From Leptolyngbyaceae cyanobacterium (GTDB lineage: Bacteria; Cyanobacteriota; Cyanobacteriia; Phormidesmidales; Phormidesmidaceae), in assembly GCA_050331235.1 (NCBI GenBank), contig JBHJHA010000087.1, positions 1 through 26,695 of the forward strand: a DNA stretch of 26,695 nucleotides, written 5' to 3'. Made by a program: the position numbers and the translations under genes. This document shows positions 1 to 8,991 of this stretch, piece by piece (positions within the stretch are counted from its first letter, which is position 1; every line of letters begins with the position of its first letter). The notes beneath the pieces were generated by a model. That model did not search any database. It was not told where the DNA came from and saw nothing but the letters and a program-made list of their open reading frames with translations.

Positions 1-71
1 CCTCTGCGGGTCGTACCGTTCTTGGAGATGTCGTGGGAGCCGCAGGTGGGGCAGGTCATTTCTATCGCCAT
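1..71 (-). CDS. IS1-family transposase (InsA-like N-terminus), partial
   Basis: Manual translation from ATG at 71 (alternative in-frame ATG at 59) gives MAIEMTCPTCGSHDISKNGTTRRG..., the CPxCGS-x4-KNG zinc-ribbon start typical of IS1 transposases. Not in the ORF track because it is truncated. Confidence 0.85.
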   Translation of the reverse strand, partial: MAIEMTCPTCGSHDISKNGTTRR

Positions 72-138
72 CGCGGCTAGACCTCTGGAAATAGTAGATG
101 GGTTTATTTTCCTCTGTCCTTTACCTTAGTGGACTACC
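1..138 (-). mobile_element. IS1-family insertion sequence, left end (element continues beyond the left edge of the window)
   Basis: The minus strand starts GGTAGTCCACTAAGGTAA at 138, matching the GGT-type start of IS1 ends. An InsA-like zinc-ribbon ORF begins about 70 bp further in. The other end and any target duplication lie outside the window. Confidence 0.75.
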
Positions 139-225
139 AAACAGCGAAACGGGCAAAGTTTCTGGTTGGACAGAAAATACCTTGCCCTTGGTCAGTCCTG
201 GCAATGGACTGGCATCGTTGCCAAT

Positions 226-951
226 CTATTGAAAATTAACGATACGGCCAAAGCTGTCTGGTTTGAGGCTGCCGCCACCGACCAGAACACCATCAATATC
301 AGACTGGGCCATGATTTCATCAATGTTGCCAGGCTTGACAGAGCCCCCGTATTGGATTGGCACGTCTTGATTGCTGAGTTGTTGACGAATGCCAGCAATC
401 ACTTTATTGGCATCTGTTGCTTGGCATGTATCGCCGGTGCCAATGGCCCAGATTGGTTCATAGGCGATAACTAACGATTGCTGGTCTACGTCTACAAGAT
501 TTTTCTTAATCTGGGATGAAATTACCGTTTCAGTTTCTCCAGCATCGCGCTGTTGCTTCGTTTCGCCCACGCAGAGAATTGGGATAATGCCATGGCGTTG
601 GGCAGCCAGCAAGCGCTGATTTACCGTCTCATCGGTGTCAGCAAAATACTGTCGCCGCTCGCTATGTCCCACAATGACGTAACGCACACCAACTTCTGTC
701 AGCATGTCACCAGAAATTTCACCGGTGTAGGCTCCGGCATCTTCCCAGTGGATATTTTGTGCACCGATCTTGATACGGCTACCGTGTAAGTTTTTAGACA
801 GTACACCAAGGCTCGTAAAGGGTACGCAGAGCACCGCCTCGCGATCGTCGGGAGTATCTTTTAAATGTTCCATAAACCCTTGGAGAAACGCGAGGGCTTC
901 TCCTTGAGTTTTATGCATTTTCCAATTTCCAGCAATAACAATCTTTCGCAC
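226..951 (-). CDS. tpiA: Triosephosphate isomerase
   Basis: [28 protein letters not shown] and LVGG motifs; 241 aa; GTG start. Confidence 0.98.
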   Translation of the reverse strand: MRKIVIAGNWKMHKTQGEALAFLQGFMEHLKDTPDDREAVLCVPFTSLGVLSKNLHGSRIKIGAQNIHWEDAGAYTGEISGDMLTEVGVRYVIVGHSERRQYFADTDETVNQRLLAAQRHGIIPILCVGETKQQRDAGETETVISSQIKKNLVDVDQQSLVIAYEPIWAIGTGDTCQATDANKVIAGIRQQLSNQDVPIQYGGSVKPGNIDEIMAQSDIDGVLVGGGSLKPDSFGRIVNFQ

Positions 952-1107
952 GGGAGGCCCAAAACTCTATTTACAGTGGTCTGCATCACTGCATCGTACT
1001 AGCAAAGGGTGGTGCGGATCAAATGAGATCCTTGGGTCTGAGCGGCTCTCCTGACGACTCAAAAACAATGGGCTCTAGGGGCATATGGCGCTACATCATT
1101 CTATGTT

Positions 1108-4100
1108 TCAGCGCGGTGGCGTGGGCAATGCTAGCTGTTTCATTTCATTGTCGCTGGCAGTATAGCTCTTGGATGGCGGTCCCCCAAAGAGGCGATCGCT
1201 CATCTGCTTAATCACAATATAAAGAATCGGCACCACAAATAAACTGAGGAACGTTGCCACAAACATGCCGCCGAATACAGCCGTTCCCAACGATTGACGG
1301 CTGCCGGCCCCGGCCCCGGTGGCGATCACCAGTGGAAAGATACTGCTCAAGGTTGAGATCGCCGTCATCAGAATGGGTCGCATTCGCTGTTCAGCCGCTT
1401 CAAAGGCTGATTTGACAATGGGCCAACCATCGGCCCGTAGCTGATTAGCAAATTCCACAATGAGGATGGAATTTTTGCTGGCTAAGCCGATTAGCATCAC
1501 TAGACCGATTTGACAGTAGACATCATTGGGTAGTCCCCGGATACTTTGTGCTAACAGTGCCCCCAATACCGCTAGCGGTACCGCAAAGAGAATTACGACG
1601 GGATCGATGAAGCTCTCATATTGGGCAGCCAGAACCAAGAAAACGAAGACCAGCCCCAGCCCAAAGATGATAGGCGCTTGGTTGCCGGATTCGATTTCTT
1701 CTAAGGAGGTGCCTGACCATTCGTAGCCCATGCCAGGCGGTAGCACCTCAGCGGACAGTGACTCCATCGTGTCGAGGGCGACTCCAGAACTCACACCTGG
1801 GGCCGGAGCACCCGTGATTTCAATGGCACGGTATAGGTTGTAATGGTTGATCGTTTGCGCCCCAGTCGTGGGGGTCAAGGTCACAAAGTTCCCGAGGGGA
1901 ATCATGTCTCCTGAGCCCGATCGCACGTAGAGCTTAGCAATATCTTCGGGTTCAGAACGAAATTGCTGATCCGCTTGTACATAGACTCGATAGGTACGCT
2001 GCCCCTGGACAAAATCGTTGACATAACGGGAACCGATATAGGTTTGCAGGGTACTAAAAATTTCATCGATGTCAACGTTGAGCGATTTAGCGCGATCGCG
2101 ATTGACCTCGATGAGCAACTGGGGCGTGGCAGCCGAATAGGTGCTAAACACGTTCTGTAAGCTGGGATTTTGATTGGCGGCCCCAATCAACTCGCCCATT
2201 TTTTCAACTAAGGCATTGAGCGATAGATTGCCCTGGCGATCCTGCAATTGATATTGAAAACCGCCAAATTGGCCTAAACCTTGAATGGCCGGTGGATTGA
2301 CTGGGAAAACCCGCGCTTCAGTAATTTGCGAAAACTTGCCAAACAGTTGCCCAATCAGAGCTTGGGCTGACTCCGCCGGGCCCCGTTCGGACCACGGTTC
2401 CAGCGTAGTAAAGACCACACCCGTATTGGACGTACTGCCCGAAAAGCTGAATCCTCCCACCGCAAAGGTGGCCCGGACCCCTGGTAAATCGAGAATTTCT
2501 TCCTCGATTTGACTCATGACCTCATCGGTATAGTTGAGTGAGACTCCCTCTGGGCCTTGAATGATGGTGATGAAGTAGCCCTGATCCTCATCGGGCAAAA
2601 AGGCGGAGGGAACCGAACGGTATAACCAACCCGTGATCACTAGCAGCGCCACAAATGCGGCTAATACTAACGGTTTAACCGCATTTAGGAATTCCAAAGT
2701 GCGGCGATAGCTGCTGCGGAGCCAGTCGAGGCCGCTGTTGAAACGATTAAAAATTGCCCCTAGCCAGCCTCCCATCGGGGGCTTGCTGCGCAACAGTAGC
2801 CCCGACAGAGTGGGGGTCAGGGTCAGCGCGTTGAACGTTGAAAGGGCGATCGCAAAGGCAATGGTCAGCGCAAACTGCCGGTAAAGCGCTCCCGTAGTAC
2901 CGGGGAAAAATGCGACAGGAATGAACACCGCCATCAGCACGAGTGAAGTCGCAATCACCGCTCCGGTGAGCTCCCGCATCGCGGTGATCGCCGCTCGGGT
3001 CGGTGCCATGCCCTGATCTTGAATTTTGCGGGCAATATCCTCCACTACCACAATGGCATCATCAACGACCATACCGGTGGCCAGGGTAAGACCAAACAGG
3101 GTCAAGCTATTAATCGAGAAACCAAAAATTTTAATAATGGCAAAGGTGCCAATTAGCGCGACAGGAATCGTGACGGCGGGAATGACCGTGGTGCGCCAGT
3201 CTTGTAAGAAGATGAAGATCACGAAGACCACCAGCAAGACGGCCTGCACCAGCGTCCAGACCACCTCAGTCAAAGATTGCTCTACGTAATCAGTCGTGTC
3301 AAAGCCGATACCATACTGCATGCCTGGGGGAAATTGCTCCGACAGGCGAGCCATCTCGTCTTTGACCCCTCGCGCCACCTCGAGGGCATTGCTCCCAGGG
3401 AGTTGATAGATACCTAAGCCAATGGCTTCTTGACCTCGGAACCGCAGAAACGTGCCGTAGTTCTCAGCGCCTAACTCGACCCGACCGACATCAGCTAGTT
3501 TGACCAACTCACCATTGTCACCCGTTTTAATAATGAGGTTTTCAAATTCCTCAACGCTTGCCAAGCGGCTCACAGCCCGGAGGTCAATCTGGTACTGCTG
3601 GGTGCTATCAGTCGGGGGCTGGCCGAGCTGACCGGCTCCGACTTGAATGTTTTGCTCTTGCAGTGCAGTGACCACATCCCCTGCGGTCAGGTTGCGACTC
3701 GCGAGTCTTTGAGGATTAAGCCAAAGACGTAGGGCATAGGTGCGTTCTCCAAAGATCACCACATTGCCAACCCCATTGACCCGGCGCAGCGCGTCCACGA
3801 TATAGAGATCGGCGTAGTTGCTCAAAAAGATATCGTCGTAGCTGCCGTCCTCGGTATAGACACTCATTGCCAGCAAAATATTGCTGCTCTCTTTGCTGAC
3901 GGTCACCCCTGTTTGCAAGACTGGCTCTGGGAGCTGGGGCTCCGCCAAAGAGACCCGGTTTTGCACATCCACAGCGGCGATGTCTTTATTTCGGGAAGAG
4001 TCAAATGTCGCCGTGATTGAGCTAGTACCGCTGTTGCTACTACTTGAGGTCATGTAGCGCAGTCCCTCAACCCCATTGATCTCACGCTCAAGGATGTTGG

Positions 4101-4287
4101 TAACGGTTTTTTCGACCGTCTCGGCGTCGGCACCAATATAGTTAGCCTGAACGCTAATCTGCGTCGGGGCAATCTCAGGAAACTGAGCAATGGGTAAGGT
4201 CGGAATGCTAATGATACCAACCAAGAGCAAGATGATGGCACAGACCGCCGTGAAGACCGGACGCTTAATGAAGAAATTGACGAACAT
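1108..4287 (-). CDS. RND efflux transporter permease subunit (HAE1/AcrB family)
   Basis: 1059 aa. N-terminal FFIKRPVF and LPIAQFPEIAP, proton-relay motifs GMVVDDAIVVVE, GLASKNSILIVEFA and RMRPILMT, and a hydrophobic-segment pattern consistent with 12 TM helices. Confidence 0.97.
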   Translation of the reverse strand: MFVNFFIKRPVFTAVCAIILLLVGIISIPTLPIAQFPEIAPTQISVQANYIGADAETVEKTVTNILEREINGVEGLRYMTSSSSNSGTSSITATFDSSRNKDIAAVDVQNRVSLAEPQLPEPVLQTGVTVSKESSNILLAMSVYTEDGSYDDIFLSNYADLYIVDALRRVNGVGNVVIFGERTYALRLWLNPQRLASRNLTAGDVVTALQEQNIQVGAGQLGQPPTDSTQQYQIDLRAVSRLASVEEFENLIIKTGDNGELVKLADVGRVELGAENYGTFLRFRGQEAIGLGIYQLPGSNALEVARGVKDEMARLSEQFPPGMQYGIGFDTTDYVEQSLTEVVWTLVQAVLLVVFVIFIFLQDWRTTVIPAVTIPVALIGTFAIIKIFGFSINSLTLFGLTLATGMVVDDAIVVVEDIARKIQDQGMAPTRAAITAMRELTGAVIATSLVLMAVFIPVAFFPGTTGALYRQFALTIAFAIALSTFNALTLTPTLSGLLLRSKPPMGGWLGAIFNRFNSGLDWLRSSYRRTLEFLNAVKPLVLAAFVALLVITGWLYRSVPSAFLPDEDQGYFITIIQGPEGVSLNYTDEVMSQIEEEILDLPGVRATFAVGGFSFSGSTSNTGVVFTTLEPWSERGPAESAQALIGQLFGKFSQITEARVFPVNPPAIQGLGQFGGFQYQLQDRQGNLSLNALVEKMGELIGAANQNPSLQNVFSTYSAATPQLLIEVNRDRAKSLNVDIDEIFSTLQTYIGSRYVNDFVQGQRTYRVYVQADQQFRSEPEDIAKLYVRSGSGDMIPLGNFVTLTPTTGAQTINHYNLYRAIEITGAPAPGVSSGVALDTMESLSAEVLPPGMGYEWSGTSLEEIESGNQAPIIFGLGLVFVFLVLAAQYESFIDPVVILFAVPLAVLGALLAQSIRGLPNDVYCQIGLVMLIGLASKNSILIVEFANQLRADGWPIVKSAFEAAEQRMRPILMTAISTLSSIFPLVIATGAGAGSRQSLGTAVFGGMFVATFLSLFVVPILYIVIKQMSDRLFGGPPSKSYTASDNEMKQLALPTPPR

Positions 4288-4354
4288 GCAGAGTTCCTAA
4301 TTAAAGGGGACGCGATCGCGCAACGATGACGACGAAAAATCACACTGAGATAAA

Positions 4355-5743
4355 CTACGGAGTCTCACCGGGGCTATCATCTTCGGCCGTTTCGGCGGCT
4401 TCGGACTGGGGCAATATGGGAGACCCATCTTGCAAATTCAAAATGCCAGAAATCACAATGGTTTCACCCTGCTCCAGGCCGCTGAGCACTTCATAATCAT
4501 TGCCTTGCAGTTCTCCTAGTTCGACTGGGCGCAAACGGGCTACCTGCTCCGGCGCTGGCATCCCCTCCGAGACAGCCGCAGGTGGGGGTAATTCTTCCTC
4601 GGTGCCTTCATCCGCCACATAGACAAAGGTTTGGCCGCCCAATCGCGTGATAGCTGTTGAGGGCACCAAGACCCCGCTGGACTCAGACCAGACTAGGCGG
4701 GCTTCTACCTTCTGAGCATCTTGGAGGCGGCCCTGGGTATTTTCAAATCGGGCCTTGACCAAGACGGTCTGCGTGTCAGAGTCCGCCTGGGGAGAGATGA
4801 AGCTAATACTGCCTTCAGCGATGGGGATGTCACCCTCTACGGGCAAGAGACTGACCGGCAGGCCCAAGCGCAGGCGATCGCGCTGTTCTAGCGGCACCTG
4901 TAAGTCGAGTTCTAGGGTGGCATTTTCAGTGATATTAGTAATCACGCTACTGGGCGTCACGTAGTCGCCCAGCTTGATGTCGACATCGCCCACCGTTCCC
5001 GTGATTGGTGAGGTCACAGTCCGATCTTGTAGATTCTCTTGGGCGGCGGACCGATTAGCTCGGGCCTGAGCCAGGCTGGCCTCAGACTGGCTGAGATTCG
5101 CTCGAGCGGCGGCAATTTCATCGCGGGCCGAGGCTAAAGTCGCTCGGGCAACTTCTAAGTCGCGCTCTGCCAAGTCCAACTCTTGTTGGGATTGCGCCCC
5201 TTGCTCCACCAACTGTAGGGTCCGACCATACTCAGCCTCTTCGAGGGCCAGCTCTGCCTCGAGTTCGGCCCGTCGAGCTAACAACGACTGCAAAGAGGCG
5301 GCGGCGGACTGACGGGCTGACTGTGCCACGCTGACGTTGGCGGTGGCGGCTTCGACCTCGGCTTGGGTGCGATCGGGACTGACCAATACAATGGGTTGCC
5401 CGGGCGTCACGCGATCGCCGGCACTGACGTAAACCTGAGTAACACGACCGGAAACTTCTGGCTGCAATACAACGCCGGTTTGAGCTTCCAACTCACCAAT
5501 AAATTCAGACGTATCGCGAACGGTCCCGGTTTTGACCGACTCCAACTTGACGGGGACCCCAGGCGGCATACCCATGTTGCCCGGCCCGCCCCGCGCTCCT
5601 ACCAGGCGCCAAACGAGGAAGCCACCACCCACTAGTAGAATGCCCAGACCACCCGCAATGAGCCAACGACCCATGCCATTACTGGATGACCTGACGGCAC
5701 TTGTTTCCATGGGCTTGGCTGAAGAGATATCTGGCGCGGTCAT
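4355..5743 (-). CDS. RND efflux periplasmic adaptor (membrane fusion protein)
   Basis: N-terminal TM segment, lipoyl half-motifs (PEVSGRVTQVYVSAGDRV and SPITGTVG), long coiled coil, and C-terminal GLEQGETIVISG. Lies directly upstream of the RND permease. ATG 5743 preferred over TTG 5758. Confidence 0.95.
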   Translation of the reverse strand: MTAPDISSAKPMETSAVRSSSNGMGRWLIAGGLGILLVGGGFLVWRLVGARGGPGNMGMPPGVPVKLESVKTGTVRDTSEFIGELEAQTGVVLQPEVSGRVTQVYVSAGDRVTPGQPIVLVSPDRTQAEVEAATANVSVAQSARQSAAASLQSLLARRAELEAELALEEAEYGRTLQLVEQGAQSQQELDLAERDLEVARATLASARDEIAAARANLSQSEASLAQARANRSAAQENLQDRTVTSPITGTVGDVDIKLGDYVTPSSVITNITENATLELDLQVPLEQRDRLRLGLPVSLLPVEGDIPIAEGSISFISPQADSDTQTVLVKARFENTQGRLQDAQKVEARLVWSESSGVLVPSTAITRLGGQTFVYVADEGTEEELPPPAAVSEGMPAPEQVARLRPVELGELQGNDYEVLSGLEQGETIVISGILNLQDGSPILPQSEAAETAEDDSPGETP

Positions 5744-5780
5744 GGCCGGCACCCCCAAATTTAACTGAACGGTTTAGGAA

Positions 5781-5803
5781 ATTTCTACAATGATAGTGGA
5801 AAT
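5781..5803. promoter_or_regulatory. Imperfect palindrome, candidate repressor operator of the RND operon
   Basis: ATTTCTACAAT-G-ATAGTGGAAAT has arms matching at 9/11 and lies about 40 bp upstream of the adaptor ATG. Function is inferred from position only. Confidence 0.35.
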
Positions 5804-6246
5804 ACTGAATTTTGCGGAGACGATGCGAAATCGTTCTGCAATCAACCATTGAGAGATTTTCACCTGTGACGACGATGAGCGATCGCTCGCTGGTTGAGGA
5901 ACCGCCAAAAGATAGAGTTTTGGAGTTTGAGGACAACTCTCAAACTCAGAGGACAACAGCGATAGAAGCGTGGGGTGATGAGCAGACTGAGCATTCAGCC
6001 CCCGTATTGGTGCCACAGTTCCCCCGCACGAAACTTACGTGACAGGTCATCCAACAGTGACTGCACACAGTGCTCCCAGCCGAATTGTCCGGGGGCAGTG
6101 AAAATACCGGAGGCTGGGTTGGAGTGTCCTTTACGAATCGACAGGCTGCCATCGGGATGGATGTTCGCGATCTCCGGATTTGGGGTTGCGGTTACGAGGG
6201 TGGCAACTTGAGGTATGAAAGAGATGCACTGTGTTGGAACAAGACT

Positions 6247-6678
6247 ATGAAGCTCATGACCAAAGTGCGATGGATTTTGCCGCTGCTGTTACTTGGCTGT
6301 GGGGAACTGGCTGTAGAAGAAGCCGAGACGGCCCTTTGTGACAGTATTAAGCCGAGACGGCCCTTTGTGACAGTATTAATGAGTTTGGAGCGCTGCTCCA
6401 AACCTACTCTCAACTAGATGCTGACTCACAGGTCAAAGATTTAGCAGAGGCGCGTGCAGCCGTTGTCACTTCGCTAGACGCCATGAAAGCCGCCGCCACC
6501 GATGTCGAATCGGCTCGTTTACAGGAGTTGGAAATTGCTTATGAGCAGCTCGATCGCACCGTTGAGGGGGGTTTCTGGGCGGGATACCCTGGGCGAAGCG
6601 GCGACACAAATCGGCAGCGGCATTATCAGTGTTCAATCTGCCCGGGAGCAGCTCTATAGCGACCTCAAGTGTCCGTAA
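6247..6678 (+). pseudogene. Frameshifted small lipoprotein gene
   Basis: Signal peptide with lipobox (MKLMTKVRWILPLLLLGC). Removing one copy of the 29-bp duplication and one G from the G6 run (6566-6571) restores a single ORF: ...EEAETALCDSINEFGALLQTYSQLDADSQVKDLAEARAAVVTSLDAMKAAATDVESARLQELEIAYEQLDRTVEGVSGRDTLGEAATQIGSGIISVQSAREQLYSDLKCP*. Confidence 0.75.
6320..6377 (+). repeat. Perfect 29-bp tandem duplication
   Basis: AAGCCGAGACGGCCCTTTGTGACAGTATT at 6320-6348 and again at 6349-6377. Confidence 0.97.
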
Positions 6679-6784
6679 CGTGAGTTCAGGATCAAAGGGG
6701 CAAGCGTCCTGAAAATCCTGTCGAGCAATCAATTCCTGCATCGGCTATCGGGTTGCCCACGTAAGCAACAGAGCGACCTCTATA

Positions 6785-6950
6785 GAGCCTATTCGAGATC
6801 TTTTGGGTAATACGGGAAGCTGTTAGATGCCCATTAAGTTCAATACCTATGACCTCTTATGCCAGTAGTCTGACTGATACCGCATAGGCCATTCTGGAAC
6901 TGTGATTACCCAAGATTTGGCCCCCAGACAATAGGCTCGACCACTCATAG
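6785..6950 (+). mobile_element. Decayed IS5-family (IS1031-group-like) remnant: left end plus transposase 5' fragment
   Basis: From ATG 6849 it reads MTSYASSLTDTA*AILEL*LPKIWPP, matching the Y-x-S-x-L-T-D-x-x-W-x-I-L-E-P-L-L-P start of IS5-family transposases with W and L codons turned into stops. A GAGCCTATTCGAGATCTTTT end-like sequence begins at 6785. Confidence 0.6.
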
Positions 6951-7074
6951 AAGAAATGGGGTCCATAGGACGGGGTATTAGCACCGTCAGCCCTTTCCTA
7001 AAGGCAAATATCGCGGCTTTGAGCTGAACCCGAGCTAGGAGTTCAGGAGTCAACGCGCGATCGCCTGCAGGAGC

Positions 7075-7863
7075 TTACATCCATTGCTCGAAACCAGCAG
7101 TGAATTGGGCCAGAGATAAGAGGTGAATACGACTATCTTGCTCAGCGATTTGCCGGTCTGCTGCCGTGTTGTAGCCCCAGTCCGCCAAGAACAGCTGTAC
7201 AGGAGCCAATCGACTGTCGCCTTTGACTTTTTCTAAAGTTTTGAGGCGGTCTTCGATAAACCAAATGGGCTGTGCCGCGTTTGCTTCCCTTGGCGGAGAT
7301 TGCTGGATGTCCAGCAAAGTGGTCGTTTTGGGGTGCTCAATTTCTTTGCCGATGATTTGCTCTGACGGCAGCTCCACGCCGGCTTGATGCAACAGCGCTG
7401 CGATAAAACGTCCTTCTTTAGTGGAAATAATGATGGGGAAAATCCCCGCCGCGATGACCTCCTGGAGCTGCTCTATTACCCCCGGATAGAAGCGGTGTAG
7501 GCTTAGCCACCCTTCCAAATCAGATTGAATCCAGCGATCGCGCGCGCCATCCACGGCGGCCATGGCGGTAGCCGGCTCAATTTGAGTGTCCTGCAAGACA
7601 TCTTGCACGATCGCTGACCAGTGATCGTGCACAGCCGCATCTTCGATGCCCTCACGCAATGCATGGAGGAGGATCGGCATCTCCCAGCCGGTTTCGATCA
7701 CCGGCCGGAGGGGATAAAAACGCTCAGCCAAGTCCTCGGTAGGGGTCGCTTCAGCGGGAGAAAACAGCTGACAGTAAGCTTGCCAAGCAGTTTGGAAATA
7801 CTCGACCAAACCATCGCAGAGCACACCGTCAAAATCAAGGGCCAAAATTCCAGGGGAAGTCAT
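7075..7863 (-). CDS. HAD-superfamily hydrolase
   Basis: Motif I ALDFDGVLCD, ISTK, and motif IV FIEDRLKTL; ADWGYN typical of the cyanobacterial/plastid HAD group. Confidence 0.92.
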   Translation of the reverse strand: MTSPGILALDFDGVLCDGLVEYFQTAWQAYCQLFSPAEATPTEDLAERFYPLRPVIETGWEMPILLHALREGIEDAAVHDHWSAIVQDVLQDTQIEPATAMAAVDGARDRWIQSDLEGWLSLHRFYPGVIEQLQEVIAAGIFPIIISTKEGRFIAALLHQAGVELPSEQIIGKEIEHPKTTTLLDIQQSPPREANAAQPIWFIEDRLKTLEKVKGDSRLAPVQLFLADWGYNTAADRQIAEQDSRIHLLSLAQFTAGFEQWM

Positions 7864-8164
7864 AAAGCCGTGGAGGTGAGTTTAGAAGAGACAAAGCCAG
7901 GATAAACGGTGCCGGGGTTAGTTGGTGCGGCCGCGTCCATTTCAGCCACCAGCGATAGCCCAGTCAGAGATGACAGCCACCGCTAGCCTCGACCTGAACT
8001 GCTGACGCTCCGGGATTGAATCCCCAAAGCTACAAGCACCACTGGGCACACTGCCGACCTACGGCCCAGAAACGACGAAGCAGTATTGGACATGGTCAAC
8101 GGAGTAGTCAACCTCGGTTGGCAGGCCCTATAATCGCCCGAATGATGCCTATCTCAAAGGTCCT

Positions 8165-8965
8165 ATGGTCAGCCCCCAACTGCAACATATCCGCATTGTG
8201 CTCGTGGAGCCAGCTGGAGCACTCAACGTGGGGGCGGCGGCTCGTGTTATGGCCAATATGGGGTTGTCCCAGCTGGTGCTAGTCAAGCCCCACTGTACCC
8301 CCTTAGACGAAGAGGCCCGCCGCATGGCTGTCCATGCGGCTCACCTGTTGGAACAGGCTACAGTGGTTGATTGCCTGCCAGATGCCTTGATTGGCTGTAC
8401 CCGAGCGATCGCCACCACCGCTCGAGAACGGGCTCTGGGGTCAGCGTTAGAACTCCCTGAGGTGGCCTTGCCCTGGCTGCTATGTAACGAGACGACTGAG
8501 CCGCGCCCCACCGCCCTGATTTTTGGCCCCGAAGATCGGGGTCTCAGTAACGAGGAGTTGAACTTTGCCCAGCGGTTTGTGCGCATTCCCAGTGATGCGG
8601 CCTACGCGTCACTGAACTTGGCTCAGGCGATCGCTCTCTGCTGCTACGAACTAGCGCGCGCGGCCCATCCCCGTCAAGCAGCACCCACAACACCGGCCCC
8701 GCGGCCCCCGGAAAGCGCCTCCTTAGAACAGATCGAAGGCTTCCATCAGCATTTGGAGTCGGTCTTACTCAAAATCGGCTACCTTTATCCCCACACGGCT
8801 GAGAAACGGATGGAAAAATTTCGCCGTTTCTTTTTACGGGCTGCGCCGACTCCTCAAGAGTTAGCTATGCTTAGGGGGATTTTGCGGCAAACCGACTGGG
8901 CCCTAAGCCAGACGCAGCCCGTCAGCCCGTCAGACATTGCTACCAATTCGTCGGAAACGCACTAG
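8165..8965 (+). CDS. trmJ: SPOUT RNA methyltransferase, TrmJ/TrmH group 1 (tRNA C32/U32 2'-O-methyltransferase-like)
   Basis: IVLVEP...NVGAAARVMANMG, FGPEDRGLSNEEL, SLNLAQA, and C-terminal ELAMLRGIL. Confidence 0.9.
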   Translation: MVSPQLQHIRIVLVEPAGALNVGAAARVMANMGLSQLVLVKPHCTPLDEEARRMAVHAAHLLEQATVVDCLPDALIGCTRAIATTARERALGSALELPEVALPWLLCNETTEPRPTALIFGPEDRGLSNEELNFAQRFVRIPSDAAYASLNLAQAIALCCYELARAAHPRQAAPTTPAPRPPESASLEQIEGFHQHLESVLLKIGYLYPHTAEKRMEKFRRFFLRAAPTPQELAMLRGILRQTDWALSQTQPVSPSDIATNSSETH

Positions 8966-8991
8966 GCCTCGGGGTTTAACTACGAAAGATC

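Noticed and set aside
5812..6042. Short plus-strand ORF upstream of the RND operon
   Set aside because: No motif or clear RBS. It cannot be excluded but is unsupported.
6320..6377. 29-bp repeat as a CRISPR array
   Set aside because: Only two directly adjacent copies with no spacer and no cas genes; it is a tandem duplication within a gene.
6070..6417. 115-aa ORF from the track as an intact gene
   Set aside because: It is the frameshifted 5' part of the lipoprotein pseudogene plus an upstream extension; the signal peptide starts at 6247 or 6256.
6847..7053. 68-aa minus-strand ORF
   Set aside because: No recognisable features, and it lies antisense to the IS5-like remnant.
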